Below are positions 59,901 through 64,000 of a DNA stretch of 64,000 nucleotides, piece by piece. Source of the stretch: Laetmonice hystrix. Lineage: Eukaryota. Position 1 is the first letter of the stretch; each line of letters starts with the position of its first letter. Location of the stretch: positions 33,480,001-33,544,000 of the forward strand of contig OZ249437.1 of the NCBI GenBank assembly GCA_965235115.1, in the 5' to 3' direction. The notes beneath the pieces were generated by a model. The model saw nothing but the letters and a program-made list of their open reading frames with translations, did no database searches and was not told where the DNA came from. A program made the translations under genes and the position numbers.

Positions 59901-62900
59901 GTCAAACCATCCAGAAACCAATGGCTGTGGCCATCAGCATTCAACCACCTAGAGATCAAACTGAACAACGGACCCAGGTGAGGACCTCAACTATCACTGA
60001 GATGAAGAGGTCACGGACTATCCAAGAAGGGGATAAGAAGACAAAGGTGACTGAGAGAGAGATCATTGATGACCGTGAGGTGGACAATGAGCAGTTCGCC
60101 TTGGAGTGGGAACGGGAACATGTCTTGGACCGCAGTGCTGGACGTCACGTCAGCATGCAGGAGGCCATTGATCGTGGACTGATTGAGATCAACTGGGAAA
60201 CTGGCGTGGTCACAGATACTGTGACACGTCAGCGCATGCATGTTCAGGAAGCCCTGAACTGTGGTCTCATTGATTCTCACATTGCAAGTCTGGTTGAGGC
60301 ACGTATGCGTCAAGTACACGAGCCCGTTCCAGACAGAATGACATTGAATGAGGCCGTCACTGGCGGAATGGCTATCATTCCCATGGGCCTTATTAGACAC
60401 CCCAGAACAAACCAGACGTTCACCATCAGAGACGCCATTGCTGCGGATTTCATAGATGCTGACTACTCCATCATCATCGATCCTGCTAATGGAAGACAAA
60501 TAACCCTGTCTGAGGCTATTAATGAGGGACTTATGAATCCTGAAACTGGTGATGTCAGAAATGTGGCAACTGGGAAAATCCTTTCATTTAGCGAGATGTG
60601 TCTGGAAGGACTTATACCGGAACATGGACTGCAACGACCAAAGGCCATACCGGTGCAGGAGGCCATTCGCCTTGGTCTGATTGACCTTAAGGCTGGTACA
60701 TTCAGAGAACCTACCACAGGACAGGTCATGGACATCAGAAGGGCAGTTCAGCTAGGCTACTTAATGTCCAGGGATGACGAACAAGAGCCAGTCATTGAAC
60801 CATCCATTCGGCCAGCAAAGAAGAGAGAGCCTGAGGCAGTGCATCCAGTAACCCTGAGTGATGCCATGCGAGACGGCCTCATTGATTCGAGGAATGGCAC
60901 GTTCAGAGATCCATACACTGGTGAAGTGTATTCACTTCTTGATGCCATCACACGTGGCTTTATCATCACACCAGAGAGAGACCAGTATGTGGATGAGACC
61001 ATTGAAGGAATTCATTTCCAGGAGGCATTGGACAGAGGTCTTATAAATGTACGTGAGAACACCTTCATTGAACCCATCACTGAAGTACGCATGCCACTTG
61101 ATGCTGCTATTCGAAAGGGCTACGTGATTTTACCAACCGAGGGAATTAATGTGGTCAGACAGGACAGAACAACACGCTCAGTGAAGCGGACAAGCATGTC
61201 CTTCACCGAGGCAATTGAGAAGGGTTACATTGATGTGGAGTCTGGAACCTATTTAGACCCGACAACAGGTGCTTCTATGTCTCTGAGTGATGCCATAAAG
61301 TATGATATGATTGACCCAACAGCAGAGGTAGCAGACAGCACACGTGCCATGTCCCTGACTGAAGCCATTGACAAGGGATGGTTCAACCCATCCACTGGTG
61401 CCTTCACTGACCCGAAGATGGGAAGGAAAATGAGCCTCACTGAGGCCATGAACAGAGGCCTGATGGACAAGGACTCGACAATATATGACACGGAAACCTT
61501 CACAATGTTGACCTTGGAACAGGCCATTCAGCAGGGTAGGATAGACTCGCGAACTGGCCAGTTCATTGAACACAGGACAGGGAGAAAGATGTCTGTGAAA
61601 GAGGCAGCCAAAATGGGACTGCTGGCCATTATTGGAGCACCTGTCTTGGCTGGCATGGCCGTGACAGATGCAATCAGGAAGTCTACAGCAAGAACAAAAG
61701 CGCAGAAACAGACACAAGAAGATATCAGTGCCCAGGTGCAGGAAAACAACATCTTGGAGTTCACCAAGGTGAAGGAAACTCTGACAACCCTGGACCAGAA
61801 GACACACGGGATCTCTGTGACCAAAGCCATTCAGCAGGGACAGCTCGATGCAGAGAGAGGCACGTTCAACGATCCCAGCTCAAACCGAGCCCTCACGCTC
61901 AAACAAGCCATTGATAGGGGTCTGTTGGACCCTCAGTCAGTCGAAGTGTATGGTCCACTGACAGGAAACCAAATGGACCTACACACTGCTATCAAGAGGA
62001 AGACGCTTGGCCCAACAGGGCAGTACGTAAACCCAGCCACCAACATGCTCAGCAGCTTTAGAGATGGCATGCGAGAAGGTGTCATAGCTGAGCAACATGT
62101 CGATGAGGAGCCTGTCATCAAGAAGGTTATCGTCAGGGAGAAGATCAAGCTTGCTGTTGAATCTGTTGTCGATCCACGCTACCAACAGAAGATGAGTCTG
62201 CAGAAAGCCATTGCAGAAGGCATCATTGACACCGACTCTGGAACTTTAATAAACCCAGAGACAGGTGATTCCATTCATGTAGGACGGGCTTATGAAGAAG
62301 GGCTGATCAAAGGACGAATTATTGACACCGTATGCTCCCAAGAAGAGGTCATCACAGGAGGAAGAAAAGCAAAGAAAGCCATCGATAATGTGACATCTGT
62401 CTTTGATCCTGTGACACAGAAGGAGGTACCACGAGATGAAGCTGTCAACCGGGGCATCCTCCACCCAGAGACTGGACGGTATATTGACGCACGAAGTGGT
62501 CAAAGTATGACCATAGAAACTGCTATTGAGAGAGGCTTTGTGCTGACAAGCGAGACCATCACCACTCTGAAGAAGACATATCAGGTTTTGACTGATGACA
62601 GGCCACAGACAGTGACAATTCAAGGCATCCTTGATCCCCGAACTGGCCAGGAACTTTCTGTCCTTGAGGCAATCCGTGAGGGCATCTTCTCTGAGAGAAC
62701 CGGGCAGTACATTCATCCCCAGACTGGGGAGAGCATCCCTCTGGATCAGGCCATCGCCATGAATCTAGTAAGGATTGACAAAACAGTGGAGGTCATGGAT
62801 GAACGACTTTCTAAGCTGACATCCGTGAAAGACATGAAATCCAATAGATGGATCAGTCCCCAGGCTGCTGTGCAGGAAGGAATTCTCCAGTTGGACAAAG

Positions 62901-64000
62901 GACTGTACGTCAACACCAAGACAAGACAGTCTATGTCTCTTAGAGAGGCAGTACAGGCAGATCTTATCAGAACAAAAGCAGGTTTCAACATTGATTCGCT
63001 GACTCGGATGACCAGTGAAACCAGGCATGAGCGTCAGACCTTCAATATCAAAGTTGTGATTGACCCCGTCACCAAGGAACAGCTTCATCCAACTGAAGCA
63101 GTTGACCGTGGCATTCTAGACCTCAGCCGTGGAGTCTATGTCAATCCCCAGACAGGAGAAAGCATGCCTATACACGAAGCGTATGAACTGGGCTTGATCA
63201 AGGCTGACGAGATGGAAGGATCTCACGCAGGGCCTGTGCTGTCAGCCACAGCCATCATGGAGACCAAGTCTTATACAGTGACAGCCGCTATCGACACACG
63301 GACTGGAGAGAGGGTCCCTGTAGAGGAAGCCATCAACCGAGGCCTTCTGGATAAGGAAATGGCCAAGTACCATGACTTAAAGAAACAGAGTACCTTGACC
63401 ATCCAAGAGGCCATTGACTGTGGGCTTGTCATCGCTCATGAGGGTGTCAGTGTGCCATCGTCAGCTTCTGTGAGTAGAGAGACAACATCATATGTCATCA
63501 AGTCTGTCATTGATTCACGCACAGGGGAGGAAATACCAATCTCTGATGCAGTCCGGCACAAGATTGTGGACCGCTCAAAGGGAGAATACCTCGACCTTAG
63601 CACAGATGAGATCATTCCCATATCCCTTGCCATCTCAAAGGGCCTCATCATCACTGACACAATTGATGCAGCAACCAGGAAGTCGGCGCTCGTGGAGTCA
63701 GGAATAATGCCATTGGCCACAGTGTACTCGCTCAAGTCCATCAAGGACCCCAACACTGGAGTGTGGTATGATCCAACAGAGGCAGAGAGACGTGGTCTGA
63801 TCAACAAGATCCAGGGAATGTACATTGATCCCATCACAGCCCGCAGCATCAGCATCAAGGCTGCCATCGACCGTGGCTTCATCAAGGCTGAAGAAGTGGA
63901 AGAGCCAGACTACGATGATCTACCCCAGGATGCAACTACCTATGCAACTATAGAAGCAACAAGAGAAGCTGAAGTGGTTCACATCACCACGGTGACGGAC
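53930..64000 (+). CDS. shot: Giant exon (>=10071 nt, >=3357 aa, runs off the window) encoding plectin-repeat-like modules separated by S/T/P- and E-rich linkers
   Basis: gctctgtttcag acceptor, phase 0 (YAVEDVIPRIRTF...). Frame spot-checked at about 54.4, 57.0, 59.3, 61.6 and 63.96 kb. The ORF track has no stop-terminated ORF in this frame. Many copies of D/NPxTGxxxxLxEAIxxGL(I/V)D, e.g. NPKTGRKLSLEQAIESGLID. Confidence 0.95.

Noticed and set aside
54081-63885. The many short ORFs listed on both strands across 54-64 kb
   Set aside because: They are shadows of the stop-free giant + strand exon, which the track omits because it has no stop in the window.

Overview
Eukaryotic (metazoan) genomic DNA with GT-AG introns; composition and TTAA-MITE content suggest a lophotrochozoan, probably a mollusc (inference, not verified). 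The window lies inside one large + strand spectraplakin gene (dystonin/MACF1/Drosophila shot orthologue) whose CH1 exons appear to lie upstream. I reconstructed 26 phase-compatible coding exons between 15763 and 53731 (3612 nt, 1204 aa: CH2, then plakin-domain spectrin repeats with the embedded SH3). A giant exon follows, starting at 53930 and still open at 64000 (>=10071 nt, >=3357 aa, plectin-repeat-like modules); the ORF track omits it because it has no stop in the window. The long 5' introns hold MITEs, minisatellites and GC-rich islands. The most interesting signal is two well-formed candidate alternative first exons that would give the protein different membrane anchors. One, at 7358-7423, encodes MLCGCGRKKKKKKKDEEEEKRP (dual-Cys palmitoylation-type plus polybasic motif) and joins CH2 in phase 0. 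The other, at 36492-36704, encodes an acidic N-tail plus a 20-aa transmembrane helix and joins the plakin domain in phase 0, bypassing the actin-binding domain. Other observations: a twice-repeated hydrophobic helix-Pro-helix motif in the giant exon, a frame-compatible candidate microexon chain before the giant exon, and a minisatellite built from a splice-donor junction. All isoform calls are sequence-only predictions.
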